Origin: Candidatus Brocadia sapporoensis
Lineage (GTDB): Bacteria; Planctomycetota; Brocadiia; Brocadiales; Brocadiaceae
Direction of reading: 5' to 3'
Length of the DNA: 32,000 nucleotides
Assembly: GCF_001753675.2 (NCBI RefSeq)
Contig: NZ_MJUW02000072.1
Coordinates: forward strand, 1 to 32,000
Positions 1-9,287 of this stretch are shown one piece after another (within the stretch, counting starts at the first letter, position 1; each line of letters begins with the position of its first letter). A program made the position numbers and the translations under genes. The notes under the pieces were generated by a model, which saw nothing but the letters and a program-made list of their open reading frames with translations, was not told the DNA's origin and did not search any database.

Positions 1-67
1 CCTAACTATTCTGAGAAAATATTCTCTCTCACCATCCGTTTCGCTGAATAGTTACAAATTTTTTTAA

Positions 68-1276
68 TTAAAATGCAGCCGATAACCCTAAGTAAAAAGT
101 ATTCCTTGTGTAGCCATTAAAGCTGTTATTATAATCGCTGTCTGTATAAGAATATGTAAAATTACCGAACAAGTTCTTATAAATGTCATATGTAAAAGTG
201 GAAGTTACGCCCTTAAGTGTTTGCTCGGTTCCTGCGGTAACATATTTACCTACACCATAAAAAATTGATAAATTGTAATTAAGCCTTTCAGAAATTTGTC
301 TCGATAAAGAAGCGGAAGTATTCCACTGATCGAAAAGATCAGCGATGTAAGGAGTCACTCCGTAATGCTTGTAAAATGAAACACCCATGCGTGTATTGGC
401 ATCTTTTTCATATCCAATTGAAGCACTGAAAAGTGGTTTGGTAAGTTCTTCATCATTGAATGATCTTATGAAATCAACCCCACCGCTCATGCTAACACTG
501 ATTTTCTTAGTAATGTTTTTTGTTACATTAGCTGCGATTTCATGCTGTAAGGCGTCCCTGTTATTGTCAAACTGCACATCGAAATAATCATATGATAATG
601 AAAAAGATGTAAATGGTGTAAGTATATAATTCATCACAATTCCGGGTTTGTTTGAAAAAGAACCAGGTATGTTTATACCAGAATAATAATCCATAGTATT
701 CGCATATCTTATGCTTGCAGAAAGTTGTTTATTGATATCTCTTGAATAATTGAAATTTAATCTGTTCTTAAAATATTCCCATCTGCCGTTCGGTCTTCCA
801 AATTGATCAGAATTGAAATTTGTATCAGAAAACAAGGGTGCTTCACGATGACTAAAAACATTTGAAATGCTTACACGGTCATACGCAGAAAACTCATTGG
901 TAAAACCAAAATTTAGATCTTCAGAAACATTGTCATAAACACTATTTTCTGCATAAGTATGATTTATTATTAAACTGGTTAGTGATAAAGACCTTCTTTT
1001 GCCAGTATAATTCATACCAACCGTGAAGCCTACATCCGTTATAAAATCGTTTATTTTGTTTTTTTTAGAAAAAGCGACATTGTCATCAAAGGTCTCACCA
1101 ACCCGTAAGCTTTTGATCCCAATATCAAATCCTTTATATTTATAAGAAAGATAATCAGAAAGGTCTAAAATGGTGGGCACTACTCCGGCGTCAGAAGAGT
1201 AAATTTTTGAAATATCAGCTGAAAAAACAATCCCTAGGAATACGAATATTGCAATGTTTTTTATCAGTTTATTCAC
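68..1276 (-). CDS. Outer-membrane beta-barrel-like protein, function unknown
   Basis: 402-aa ORF with N-terminal hydrophobic signal-like segment, many alternating Tyr/Phe/Ser/Asn strands (e.g. SFSLSYDYFDVQF, LFGNFTYSYTDSDY) and a C-terminal aromatic ending (FYLGLSAAF). Confidence 0.7.
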   Translation of the reverse strand: MNKLIKNIAIFVFLGIVFSADISKIYSSDAGVVPTILDLSDYLSYKYKGFDIGIKSLRVGETFDDNVAFSKKNKINDFITDVGFTVGMNYTGKRRSLSLTSLIINHTYAENSVYDNVSEDLNFGFTNEFSAYDRVSISNVFSHREAPLFSDTNFNSDQFGRPNGRWEYFKNRLNFNYSRDINKQLSASIRYANTMDYYSGINIPGSFSNKPGIVMNYILTPFTSFSLSYDYFDVQFDNNRDALQHEIAANVTKNITKKISVSMSGGVDFIRSFNDEELTKPLFSASIGYEKDANTRMGVSFYKHYGVTPYIADLFDQWNTSASLSRQISERLNYNLSIFYGVGKYVTAGTEQTLKGVTSTFTYDIYKNLFGNFTYSYTDSDYNNSFNGYTRNTFYLGLSAAF

Positions 1277-1520
1277 ATTAATATCGCACAGGTACTTAAA
1301 TTAGGATAAACTTGTTTGCCTTAGCTTTTTCACATTATATAAAGAGAAATGAGAATTGCAATTGAAAATAAAAATTCTTAATTCGATTAATAAGTCTAGA
1401 ATAGTTTTCTCTCGAATTAGACACGAAAAGCTATGAAAACGGCATAATCTCTTAAATTTTAAGATGCAGATCAGCGCAGAATTAGTAGTAAGTTTGTATG
1501 AAATTGATAATATTTCTTGA

Positions 1521-1548
1521 TTGACTTATAAGCGTTTTTATATAAAAT
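1521..1548 (+). promoter_or_regulatory. Candidate sigma-70-like promoter (TTGACT, 16 nt, TAAAAT)
   Basis: TTGACT at 1521-1526 and TAAAAT at 1543-1548 in an AT-rich non-coding region. Such matches are common in AT-rich DNA. Confidence 0.3.
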
Positions 1549-1616
1549 AGTAAGTTTTATGGAAAAGACAAAGAGTAATAGAGTTTTTTGAGATAACCAA
1601 AATGTGGTATAAGATG

Positions 1617-1662
1617 GCCTTGCTGCCGAAGATTTAAACTATTTCTTCAGTGAGGCTTTTTT
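1617..1662 (+). terminator. Intrinsic-terminator-like hairpin followed by T-run
   Basis: GCCT(TG)CTG(CCG)AAGA...TCTTCAG(TG)AGGC followed by TTTTTTG. Arms pair as GCCT/AGGC, CTG/CAG and AAGA/TCTT with small internal loops. Confidence 0.45.
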
Positions 1663-1739
1663 GTTTTCAATTTTTTTAAATAGCTGATGTGATAATCAAG
1701 TTTTAGTTTTCCATCGCCACTAACTGAAAAGGGATAAAG

Positions 1740-1949
1740 ATGAGGAAAAAATTAGTCACAATATGCGGATGTTTGTGTGTCGTAGCCATAACAATCATAA
1801 CAATTGTCGGTCGTGCGGATGCCAAAACAGGTGGAGAAAAAGGAGGAAAGCCTTTTAATCATAGACCAAAACCTGTGGATTGTATTCTTTTTGTTGTTGG
1901 GGGGGGTACGTTATTTTCAGTAAGATATCTAAGAAACATGGTGAAATAA
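1740..1949 (+). CDS. Small exported or membrane protein, 69 aa, unknown
   Basis: ORF with hydrophobic signal-like N-terminus (MRKKLVTICGCLCVVAITIITIVGRADA), then a Gly/Lys/Pro linker and a second hydrophobic stretch. Confidence 0.45.
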   Translation: MRKKLVTICGCLCVVAITIITIVGRADAKTGGEKGGKPFNHRPKPVDCILFVVGGGTLFSVRYLRNMVK

Positions 1950-2085
1950 ACGAATTCAGATGACTGGTATAACAACACAAAAAATCAGCTTCATGCAAGT
2001 ATGCTTCATTGAATAGTTCATAGATTTTGATATATTATTATGACATTTTTAGCTTGATATTTTTTGTTAGTAATGAGGGGGAACA

Positions 2086-2691
2086 ATGTCAACAATTTTA
2101 AAAGAAGATGTTTTGCTTGGGAAAAACAGAGAGATTTCAACCAAGGAAAAAGTAGATAAAATAATGAATACCATCGTTGAGTCATCGGGAATGTTAGAAA
2201 TTACAAAGACAGAGAATGTGGGAAACAATATATCACCAGGATTGAGGAAGCCAAAAAATGATGAGGCACAGCAATATATATTTAGTGGTGAAATAGTGCT
2301 TGAAGGCGAGAGAAGTTCCGACCTTGATGAAATGAGAAATCGGCTTACTAAAGAACTGAAACCCTCAGATGAAATAGAGCGAATTCTTGTGGATCGCATT
2401 ATTTCGAGCGTTTGGCGATTGAAACGATGTCTAAAAATCGAAAGTCAGATATTAGAACACAATACGTCTTGTATTCAGGAGTACGAACAGGGATTTCTTC
2501 GGACGCGAAAGAGAACAAACAAGGAGATCTCACAATTAAAGGCATTAAAAATGATAGAAGATAAAAATGTGGAATTATCTAAATATGAAACCATGTTGGA
2601 GATTCAATTCTATAAGGCATTACGAGAGTTGGATAAATATAGGAGACGGGGGTTGCGGCAAGAAAAGAAGTTGCTAAGAGTAGCGAAGTAA
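2086..2691 (+). CDS. Conserved-looking charged hypothetical protein, 201 aa
   Basis: ORF preceded by a purine-rich GAGGGGG. C-terminal pattern ILVDRIISSVWRLKRC...LSKYETMLEIQFYKALRELDKYR resembles an uncharacterised helical family I recall from planctomycetes and other genomes. Confidence 0.6.
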   Translation: MSTILKEDVLLGKNREISTKEKVDKIMNTIVESSGMLEITKTENVGNNISPGLRKPKNDEAQQYIFSGEIVLEGERSSDLDEMRNRLTKELKPSDEIERILVDRIISSVWRLKRCLKIESQILEHNTSCIQEYEQGFLRTRKRTNKEISQLKALKMIEDKNVELSKYETMLEIQFYKALRELDKYRRRGLRQEKKLLRVAK

Positions 2692-2819
2692 GATCGAAAG
2701 GGAAACTTATTCATTGTAACATAATATATATTATCGGACGTTGCTGATTTGTTTTGTTTTTTAAGTCTGTCGTTTGTAATTTTTAATGAGTTTTACGACT
2801 TTCATTCGTGAGAATATTA

Positions 2820-2848
2820 TTGACATTATAAATTATGTCTGCTACCAT
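2820..2848 (+). promoter_or_regulatory. Candidate sigma-70-like promoter for the ACP/ketosynthase locus (TTGACA, 17 nt, TACCAT)
   Basis: TTGACA at 2820-2825, 17-nt spacer, TACCAT at 2843-2848, upstream of the first gene of the + strand run. Confidence 0.45.
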
Positions 2849-2924
2849 GTTTCGCTACACTCGAGTAAAAACGTACCGATATTGTCTTTCGTGTCAATGC
2901 CGTTTATCATGAAGGAGGATAATT

Positions 2925-3194
2925 TTGAACGCTGAAGAAATTGAAAAAGGTGTGACTGCAATAGTTGCAGAGGTTACAGAATTAGATGAAAAAGAAATTT
3001 GGGATAAAAGAGATGCAAATTTTTTTAAAGATCTTGAAATAGATTCCCTTTTGGCCCTTGAAATCCTGGCACTTATTGAGAAGAAATTTAAGGTGCAAAT
3101 TCCTGAAGAAAAATTGGTGGACATTACTTCTTTAAGCGCCACAATCGATCTAACAAAATCTGTTCTGACAGAAAGTGGGAAACTTTCATCATAA
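2925..3194 (+). CDS. Acyl carrier protein
   Basis: TTG start preceded by GAAGGAGG (2911-2918). 89 aa with phosphopantetheine-type Ser motif FKDLEIDSLLALEILALIEKKFKVQIPEE. Confidence 0.9.
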   Translation: MNAEEIEKGVTAIVAEVTELDEKEIWDKRDANFFKDLEIDSLLALEILALIEKKFKVQIPEEKLVDITSLSATIDLTKSVLTESGKLSS

Positions 3195-3266
3195 ATTAGT
3201 CAATGAGAAGTATTACATTAATACCGAGCATGTCTTTATGGTTGACAAAAAGAAGGATTCTGAAAA

Positions 3267-3722
3267 ATGATTTTTTTTGAGGAAATACGGTCTCTTCTTC
3301 CTCAGAAATATCCTTTTTTATTTATTGATAAAGCTATTGAATTTGAAGAAGGGAAAAGAATTGTTTGTGTAAAAAACGTCTCCGGCAATGAACCAGTCTT
3401 TGTTGGACATTTCCCCGACTTTGCCATTATGCCTGGGGTATTAATTATTGAGGCGATGGCGCAGGCATCCATTATCCTATTCAAGAAAAGTCTCTCCGCT
3501 CAAAACACCAAGGACTCGGTCTTTTTATTAGCTTCAGTGAATAATGCCAGGTTCACAAAACCCATTTTTCCCGGCGATCAGCTTTTGATAGAGATTCTTA
3601 TAGAAAAGATTGTATCCAAGGGGGCCATTATTCAGGCATCAGTAAAGGTTGGAGAAAAAACCGTTGCTAAGGCAAATTTGACCTTTGGAATTGCAGAAAA
3701 AAGCGCTTTAATATCTGGTTAA
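3267..3722 (+). CDS. 3-hydroxyacyl-ACP dehydratase, FabZ-like hotdog fold
   Basis: PFLFIDKAIEFEEGKRI...NVSGNEPVFVGHFPDFAIMPGVLIIEAMAQA; catalytic His and Glu positions retained. Confidence 0.92.
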   Translation: MIFFEEIRSLLPQKYPFLFIDKAIEFEEGKRIVCVKNVSGNEPVFVGHFPDFAIMPGVLIIEAMAQASIILFKKSLSAQNTKDSVFLLASVNNARFTKPIFPGDQLLIEILIEKIVSKGAIIQASVKVGEKTVAKANLTFGIAEKSALISG

Positions 3723-3731
3723 TATATATTT

Positions 3732-4958
3732 ATGAATAAACAGGTAGTTATAACAGGTGTAGGAATGATTACTCCTATCGGGTCAGGAAAGGAAAGATTT
3801 TGGAGTAGCCTCATTGCGGGAGTATCAGGTGTAGATGACGTGACGTGTATTGACACTTCCGGATATAAGGTTCACAAAGGATGTGAAGTGAAAAACTTCA
3901 GGTATTCTGACTATATTAAAAATGGTGTTCTGAAGAAAATCGGAAAGGGTTCACAATTTGCGATTGCAGCCACACGGCTTGCATTGGATGATGCCAGGCT
4001 TGATTTAAGTAAAGTAGCTCTGGAAAGGATTGGGGTGTCTGTAGGAACTACGGCAGGAGAAATACAGATCCTGGAGAAAGTCAATTATATCAGACACAAA
4101 GATGGAGAAGACAAGGTAGACCCCGATCTCTTTTTGATGCATCCCTGCAATAATATTCCAGCAAATGTTGCAATTGAGTTCGGTTTTAAAGGCCCAAATA
4201 CGATTATACCAACTGCCTGCGCAGCCGGCAATTATGCAATTGGGTATGCTTATGATTTGATTAAATTTGGCAGGGTGGACATGATGGTCGCCGGAGGTTC
4301 CGACCCTTTTTCAAAAGTTGCTTATACAGGATTTGCAAGATTGGGCGCTATTGCTCCTGAGATATGCCAGCCATTTGATAAAAATCGGAAAGGTATGATG
4401 GTTGGTGAAGGCTCTGGCATGCTTCTTTTAGAGTCGCTCGATCATGCCGTGAAGAGAAATGCCAATGTTTATGCGGAAATTATTGGTTATGGCCTTAGTT
4501 GTGACGCATATCACATCACTATCCCTCATCCCGATGGAGAAGGTGTTGTTTCTGCTATGAAAAAAGCCTTAAAAAGCGCACACCTTCAACCGGAAGATGT
4601 CCAATATGTCAGCGCACATGGAACAGGAACTCCCGCTAACGATAAAGCAGAAACGATCTCTATTAAAAAGGTCTTTGGAAATAGACCTGAGCATCTCGCA
4701 ATTAGTTCGATAAAATCGATGATTGGTCACACGATGGGTGCGGCCAGTGCCATAGAAGCTATTACATGTGCCTTGGTCGTTCAAAATGACATCATACCTC
4801 CTACAATCAATTATGAAACGCCCGATCCGGAATGTGATTTGGATTATGTGCCTAATATAGCAAGAAAGCAAAAGGTCGCTATCGCGCTGAATAATGCCCA
4901 TGCATTTGGTGGTAACAACAGTTGTTTGGTGGTAAAAAAATTTACGGGTAAGACCTGA
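3732..4958 (+). CDS. Beta-ketoacyl-ACP synthase, FabF-like, catalytically intact
   Basis: 408 aa. Active Cys in [14 protein letters not shown] (C163, codon 4218-4220), HGTGT His (codon 4617-4619) and SIKSMIGH motif with Lys and His present. Confidence 0.93.
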   Translation: MNKQVVITGVGMITPIGSGKERFWSSLIAGVSGVDDVTCIDTSGYKVHKGCEVKNFRYSDYIKNGVLKKIGKGSQFAIAATRLALDDARLDLSKVALERIGVSVGTTAGEIQILEKVNYIRHKDGEDKVDPDLFLMHPCNNIPANVAIEFGFKGPNTIIPTACAAGNYAIGYAYDLIKFGRVDMMVAGGSDPFSKVAYTGFARLGAIAPEICQPFDKNRKGMMVGEGSGMLLLESLDHAVKRNANVYAEIIGYGLSCDAYHITIPHPDGEGVVSAMKKALKSAHLQPEDVQYVSAHGTGTPANDKAETISIKKVFGNRPEHLAISSIKSMIGHTMGAASAIEAITCALVVQNDIIPPTINYETPDPECDLDYVPNIARKQKVAIALNNAHAFGGNNSCLVVKKFTGKT

Positions 4959-5006
4959 AATTAGACAGATCTCAGGAACTGTATACGTATCGATAAACAG
5001 AGGTTT

Positions 5007-6251
5007 GTGATGGAAAAAACTAGGATTGTTGTGACTGGTGTTTCTGTAATCTCACCGGTCGGAAGTAATAAAGAGGTTTTCTGGAAGAATTTAACCAATG
5101 GTGTATCGGGTATTAAACCGGTCACCTTGTTTGATGTAAGTAAATTTAAGAGTAAGCTGGCCGGTGAAATTTCTAATTTTGATGCAAAATCATACTTGGG
5201 GCAAAAAGGAATACGGCATATCGACAGAACATCCCTTCTTGTGTCATCTGCGACCATTCTTGCCATAAAAGACGCTAATTTAGAAAATAATACCTATGGT
5301 GGAGATGAATTAGGAATTGTCGTTGGCTCAACCTATGGAAGCATTGACAGCATTAGTTCTTTCGATTTTCAATCTTTACGTGAAGGTCCCAATTATGTCA
5401 ATCCTATGGATTTTCCCAATACGGTATTGAATGCACCTGCTAGCCGTGCCTCAATCTTTTGTAAAGCCACGGGATTAAACACTACTATTTCAAACGGTAT
5501 AACAAGCAGTATCGATGCAATCATCTACGCCTCCGATTTTCTTCGGATGGGCAGGGTAAAGGCTGTAATCGCCGGAGGTGTGCATGGATTAACACATGAC
5601 ATCTTTTGGGGAGCACACAATTCACAGATATTATCAGGGAGTAAGGGAGACGGTCTAGAAATTTCTGCACCCTTCGACAAAAGACGCAACGGAATGATCA
5701 TAGGAGAAGCCTCTGCCTTGGTTATCTTGGAGACTTTAGAAGATGCATTAAAACGAAACGCGTCTATTTATGCTGAAATAAAGGGTTATGGAACTGCATT
5801 TGACCCAAAGATGGCTATTAGTAAGGATCATCAGGTAGATGGCAACAAAAGAGCCATGGTGAATGCCATCCACGATGCAAATCTGACGTTAAATGATGTT
5901 TCTTACATATCAGCAAACGCTTATTCTGGTATTTACGGTGATGCAATGGAAACCAAGGTTATTAAAGACGTTTTTGGTATGCGCGCTAATCTTATTCCTG
6001 TAAGTGCTATTAAATCAATGACAGGCGAATGCTATGACGCCTCTGGAGCATTGCAAGCGATCGCTGCTATAATGTCTATCAGCACAAACACAGTGCCACC
6101 AACAATTAACTATGAGGAACGGGATCCCGACTGTGATTTAGATTATGTCGCTAACACCTCAAGGGTCTTACCAGTCAAAAATGTCCTTATTAACACCTTC
6201 TCACGACTAGGAAACAACTCGTCCTTAATTATCTCCAAATATAAACCGTAA
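5007..6251 (+). CDS. Degenerate FabF-like ketosynthase, chain-length-factor-like (KS-beta-like)
   Basis: Clear FabF-fold homologue of the upstream KS. Active Cys replaced by Ile165 (SNGITSSIDAI, codon 5499-5501), HGTGT His replaced by Asn304 (SANAYSG), second His replaced by Glu341 (IKSMTGE). GTG at 5007 or ATG at 5010. Confidence 0.88.
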   Translation: MMEKTRIVVTGVSVISPVGSNKEVFWKNLTNGVSGIKPVTLFDVSKFKSKLAGEISNFDAKSYLGQKGIRHIDRTSLLVSSATILAIKDANLENNTYGGDELGIVVGSTYGSIDSISSFDFQSLREGPNYVNPMDFPNTVLNAPASRASIFCKATGLNTTISNGITSSIDAIIYASDFLRMGRVKAVIAGGVHGLTHDIFWGAHNSQILSGSKGDGLEISAPFDKRRNGMIIGEASALVILETLEDALKRNASIYAEIKGYGTAFDPKMAISKDHQVDGNKRAMVNAIHDANLTLNDVSYISANAYSGIYGDAMETKVIKDVFGMRANLIPVSAIKSMTGECYDASGALQAIAAIMSISTNTVPPTINYEERDPDCDLDYVANTSRVLPVKNVLINTFSRLGNNSSLIISKYKP

Positions 6252-6254
6252 TTC

Positions 6255-7715
6255 ATGACACCTTCCAGCAAATGCATTCAATCCACGAAAAAGGATGCAT
6301 TGTATCCTTATTATGATGTAATAATAATCGGTGCGGGTATAGCTGGCTTGGTTTGCGGTACATTTCTCGCCAGAAGCGGAAAAAAAGTAATTATCATTGA
6401 ACAACATTCTATCCCCGGTGGATACTGCACATCCTTTAAAAGAAAGGGTTTCAATTTTGATGCGGCAGTTCATCATATTGGCGGTTGTGGAAAATGGGGT
6501 ATTGTAGGGCGTTGTCTTAAAACGTTAGGTATTGAGATGGATTTTTATCCACTCGACCCAATGGACCATTTGATTTTTCCTCAATTTACCATAGAAATTC
6601 CAGCTGATTTAGATGAATATATCGCACGCTTACAAGATCGCTACCCATCATCAAAAGACAACGTCAAGCATTTCTTTCAGGATTTTCTCAAGCTCTATCG
6701 TGCAACATTTAATAACGAAAAAAGCCAAATTATCAACAAATACAAAAGCCAGACATATGCAGAAATGCTCAATACATTTTTTTATAATGATGAGCTCAAG
6801 ATGGTACTTTCCGGTCAATGGGGTTACGTAGGTCTCCCCCCTACCAAGGCTTCTGCTATCGGTATGTGTCAAATGATGATCAACTACCTCAAAGACGGTG
6901 CCTTTTTCCCTGCAGGCGGTACACAAGAATTTGCGAATGCATTTATAAAGAAATTTATTGATTTTGGCGGACATGTTATGCTATCATCCAAGGCCGAAAA
7001 AATTTTGTGTACCGGCAAAACTGCTGTTGGCATTGCGTTGCAAGAAGGGAAAGAACTATTATCAAATCTGGTCGTTTCAAACATCGATGCAAAACAAACT
7101 TTTTTTGATTTGCTTGAAGGAAAATTAGATACACGGTTCCTACAAAGAATTGAGAAAATGAAAGAAAGTTGTTCCTTTTCTCTTCTGTACTTGGGCATCG
7201 GTAAAGGCTTAGATCTAGGCAAATTACAAAGAGGGTTTTATCATAGTGCCACAGACGCGACATATAGTGATCCAGAGTGGTTATACGTTTCGATTCCAAC
7301 AAAGATATGCCCAACACTTGCCCCGCCGCATAAACAGATAATCTCTGTGGTGGTTTATCATGAAAAAAAGAAATATAACGATATTACGAATTGGAAATCT
7401 TTTAAGGAAACCATGATAGAAGACACAATAAGTCGGATAGAAAAATACGTTCCTGATATAAAGAGATATATAGAAGTACTAGAAGCGGCTACCCCAAGAA
7501 CTTTGAAGCGGTATACGTTAAATACTGATGGGGCTGCTTATGGGTGGGAGGTTAGTGTAGATCAAATAGGGGATAACATGCTTTCCCATGAGACACCGAT
7601 AGAAAATCTGTATTTAACCGGCCATTGGACAAGGCCTGGCCCTGGAATTTGTGCAGTTGTGTCTTCTGGATGGGGTGTAGCAAACTTAATCATGGAGAAG
7701 GAGAAACGGAGGTAA
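6255..7715 (+). CDS. FAD-dependent oxidoreductase of the phytoene desaturase / carotenoid isomerase / RetSat-like family
   Basis: N-terminal dinucleotide-binding motif DVIIIGAGIAGLVCGTFLARSGKKVIIIEQHSIPGGYCTSFKRKGFNFDAAVHHIGG; C-terminal LYLTGHWTRPGPGICAVVSSGWGVANLI. Confidence 0.88.
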   Translation: MTPSSKCIQSTKKDALYPYYDVIIIGAGIAGLVCGTFLARSGKKVIIIEQHSIPGGYCTSFKRKGFNFDAAVHHIGGCGKWGIVGRCLKTLGIEMDFYPLDPMDHLIFPQFTIEIPADLDEYIARLQDRYPSSKDNVKHFFQDFLKLYRATFNNEKSQIINKYKSQTYAEMLNTFFYNDELKMVLSGQWGYVGLPPTKASAIGMCQMMINYLKDGAFFPAGGTQEFANAFIKKFIDFGGHVMLSSKAEKILCTGKTAVGIALQEGKELLSNLVVSNIDAKQTFFDLLEGKLDTRFLQRIEKMKESCSFSLLYLGIGKGLDLGKLQRGFYHSATDATYSDPEWLYVSIPTKICPTLAPPHKQIISVVVYHEKKKYNDITNWKSFKETMIEDTISRIEKYVPDIKRYIEVLEAATPRTLKRYTLNTDGAAYGWEVSVDQIGDNMLSHETPIENLYLTGHWTRPGPGICAVVSSGWGVANLIMEKEKRR

Positions 7716-7719
7716 CTTT

Positions 7720-9180
7720 ATGAAAAGAAAAATGATGTTAATTAACCCACACAAACCGGGAAGACACGGTGAAGAAAGTATTACGGTAATAGTTCAGATG
7801 CCTTTGAATCTTGCTTACATTGCTGCACTTACACCAGGTGATTGGGAATTTGATGTCATCGATGAGAATCTGGAATTAGCAATCAATGATAATGACGAAA
7901 TTACTTTTAAGCCCGTTGATCTTGTCTGTATTACGGCAGTTACCTATCAATCTCCCCGTGCTTATAAAATCGCTCAAGCTTGCAGGAAGAGAGGTATGAC
8001 GGTAATTATGGGTGGTATACATGCTTCTGTAGTGCCTGAAGAAGCAGCAAATTACGTTGATGCTGTATTTGTGGGCGAAGCAGAAGAAGTATGGCCACAG
8101 GTTATAAAGGATTTTGAAGCGGGAAAACTGAAAAAACGTTATGAGGGAGGATTACCACCCCTTAGCCTGATGAAAAAGGTATATCCAAACCGGGAACTTA
8201 TGAAGAAAAAATACAATTATAAGTTTTCTTCTATTGTCACGACAAAAGGGTGTCCGAATTATTGTGATTTCTGTAGTGTGCCTACTTTCCAGGGCAGAAA
8301 ATTCAGGGAAAGACCTTATGAGGACGTTCTGGCAGAAATGGCGGCAACAGATTATATGGGTCTAATGCTTGCAGAAGACAATTTCTACGGACACGGGAAA
8401 AAGTCAAACGAGAGAGCAAGAGATCTTTTTAAGGGGATGGTGGAGCGTGGTATACATAAAGACTGGTTAGGATTCACCGCCTTAAATATCTCCCAAGATC
8501 CTGAAACATTAGATTACATGGCCAAGAGCGGTAATTTTGGCATGCTTATTGGCATCGAATCCACCAATGAAGCTGTTTTAGAGAAGATGAACAAACGGGT
8601 AAATCTTAAATTGGGCACCGACAGCTATTTTGATTGTATCCAAAAAATACACAATGCAGGTTTAGTTGTTTGGGGTTCCGTAGTGTTTGGAGCAGATGGA
8701 GATGATAAAGATTCCTTTAAACGAATGACGGAGTTTATATTGGAAAATAATATTGATATTCTTACCTTCGGTATTAACTGTCCATTCCCAAAGACACAGC
8801 TCTATGCAAGACTGGATTCGGAAAAAAGGATTTTTAGAAAGAATTATCCAGAGGATTGGCAATATTATGACACAGCGCATGTTGTTCATCGCCTCATTGA
8901 CATGACATTAGAAGACTTTATTGAGGGTATGCAGTATGTTTATGATCATGTATATGCGGGAGATAATTTACGTATGCGCTTTAGGAATTCTATTAAGACA
9001 ACAAAAAATCCACGGAACTCCATGTTCGCCTTTAGGGTAGGTTCCGATTGGAAACAAGTGTTCGAACAGGTCCTGCAGAATTTAAAAGAGTTATATGATT
9101 CAGGTGATTATTATAAAGATTGCTATAAATCAGGTACGGTAACTGTTTCAAAACCCGTAATGGAGACGGCCACTACTTAA
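7720..9180 (+). CDS. Radical SAM protein with N-terminal B12-binding-type domain
   Basis: Cx3Cx2C motif in TTKGCPNYCDFCSVPTFQGRKFRERP; upstream VDLVCITAVTYQSPRAYKIAQACRKRGMTVIMGGIHASVVPEEAANYVDAVFVGEAEEVWP is typical of the B12-binding radical SAM architecture. Confidence 0.9.
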   Translation: MKRKMMLINPHKPGRHGEESITVIVQMPLNLAYIAALTPGDWEFDVIDENLELAINDNDEITFKPVDLVCITAVTYQSPRAYKIAQACRKRGMTVIMGGIHASVVPEEAANYVDAVFVGEAEEVWPQVIKDFEAGKLKKRYEGGLPPLSLMKKVYPNRELMKKKYNYKFSSIVTTKGCPNYCDFCSVPTFQGRKFRERPYEDVLAEMAATDYMGLMLAEDNFYGHGKKSNERARDLFKGMVERGIHKDWLGFTALNISQDPETLDYMAKSGNFGMLIGIESTNEAVLEKMNKRVNLKLGTDSYFDCIQKIHNAGLVVWGSVVFGADGDDKDSFKRMTEFILENNIDILTFGINCPFPKTQLYARLDSEKRIFRKNYPEDWQYYDTAHVVHRLIDMTLEDFIEGMQYVYDHVYAGDNLRMRFRNSIKTTKNPRNSMFAFRVGSDWKQVFEQVLQNLKELYDSGDYYKDCYKSGTVTVSKPVMETATT

Positions 9181-9287
9181 CACAAACAAATTACGTATTA
9201 TTGAATTTCAAATTAAAGATTTTGTCAAAAAACACAAGTAATTGATCTCTGCAAAATTTTTTTCTTCTAAAGAGGAGGTAAAATGTC

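Noticed and set aside
3203-3280. 25-aa ORF between ACP and FabZ genes (MRSITLIPSMSLWLTKRRILKNDFF)
   Set aside because: Very short, overlaps the FabZ start, no ribosome-binding site or hydrophobic helix; likely chance.
4569-4901. Antisense ORFs within the ketosynthase, desaturase, phosphorylase, RND and ettA genes (e.g. 4569-4901, 6884-7222, 10478-10903, 22573-23013, 25095-25718)
   Set aside because: They lie fully or mostly inside strong homologous CDSs and their translations show no recognisable domains; treated as shadow ORFs.
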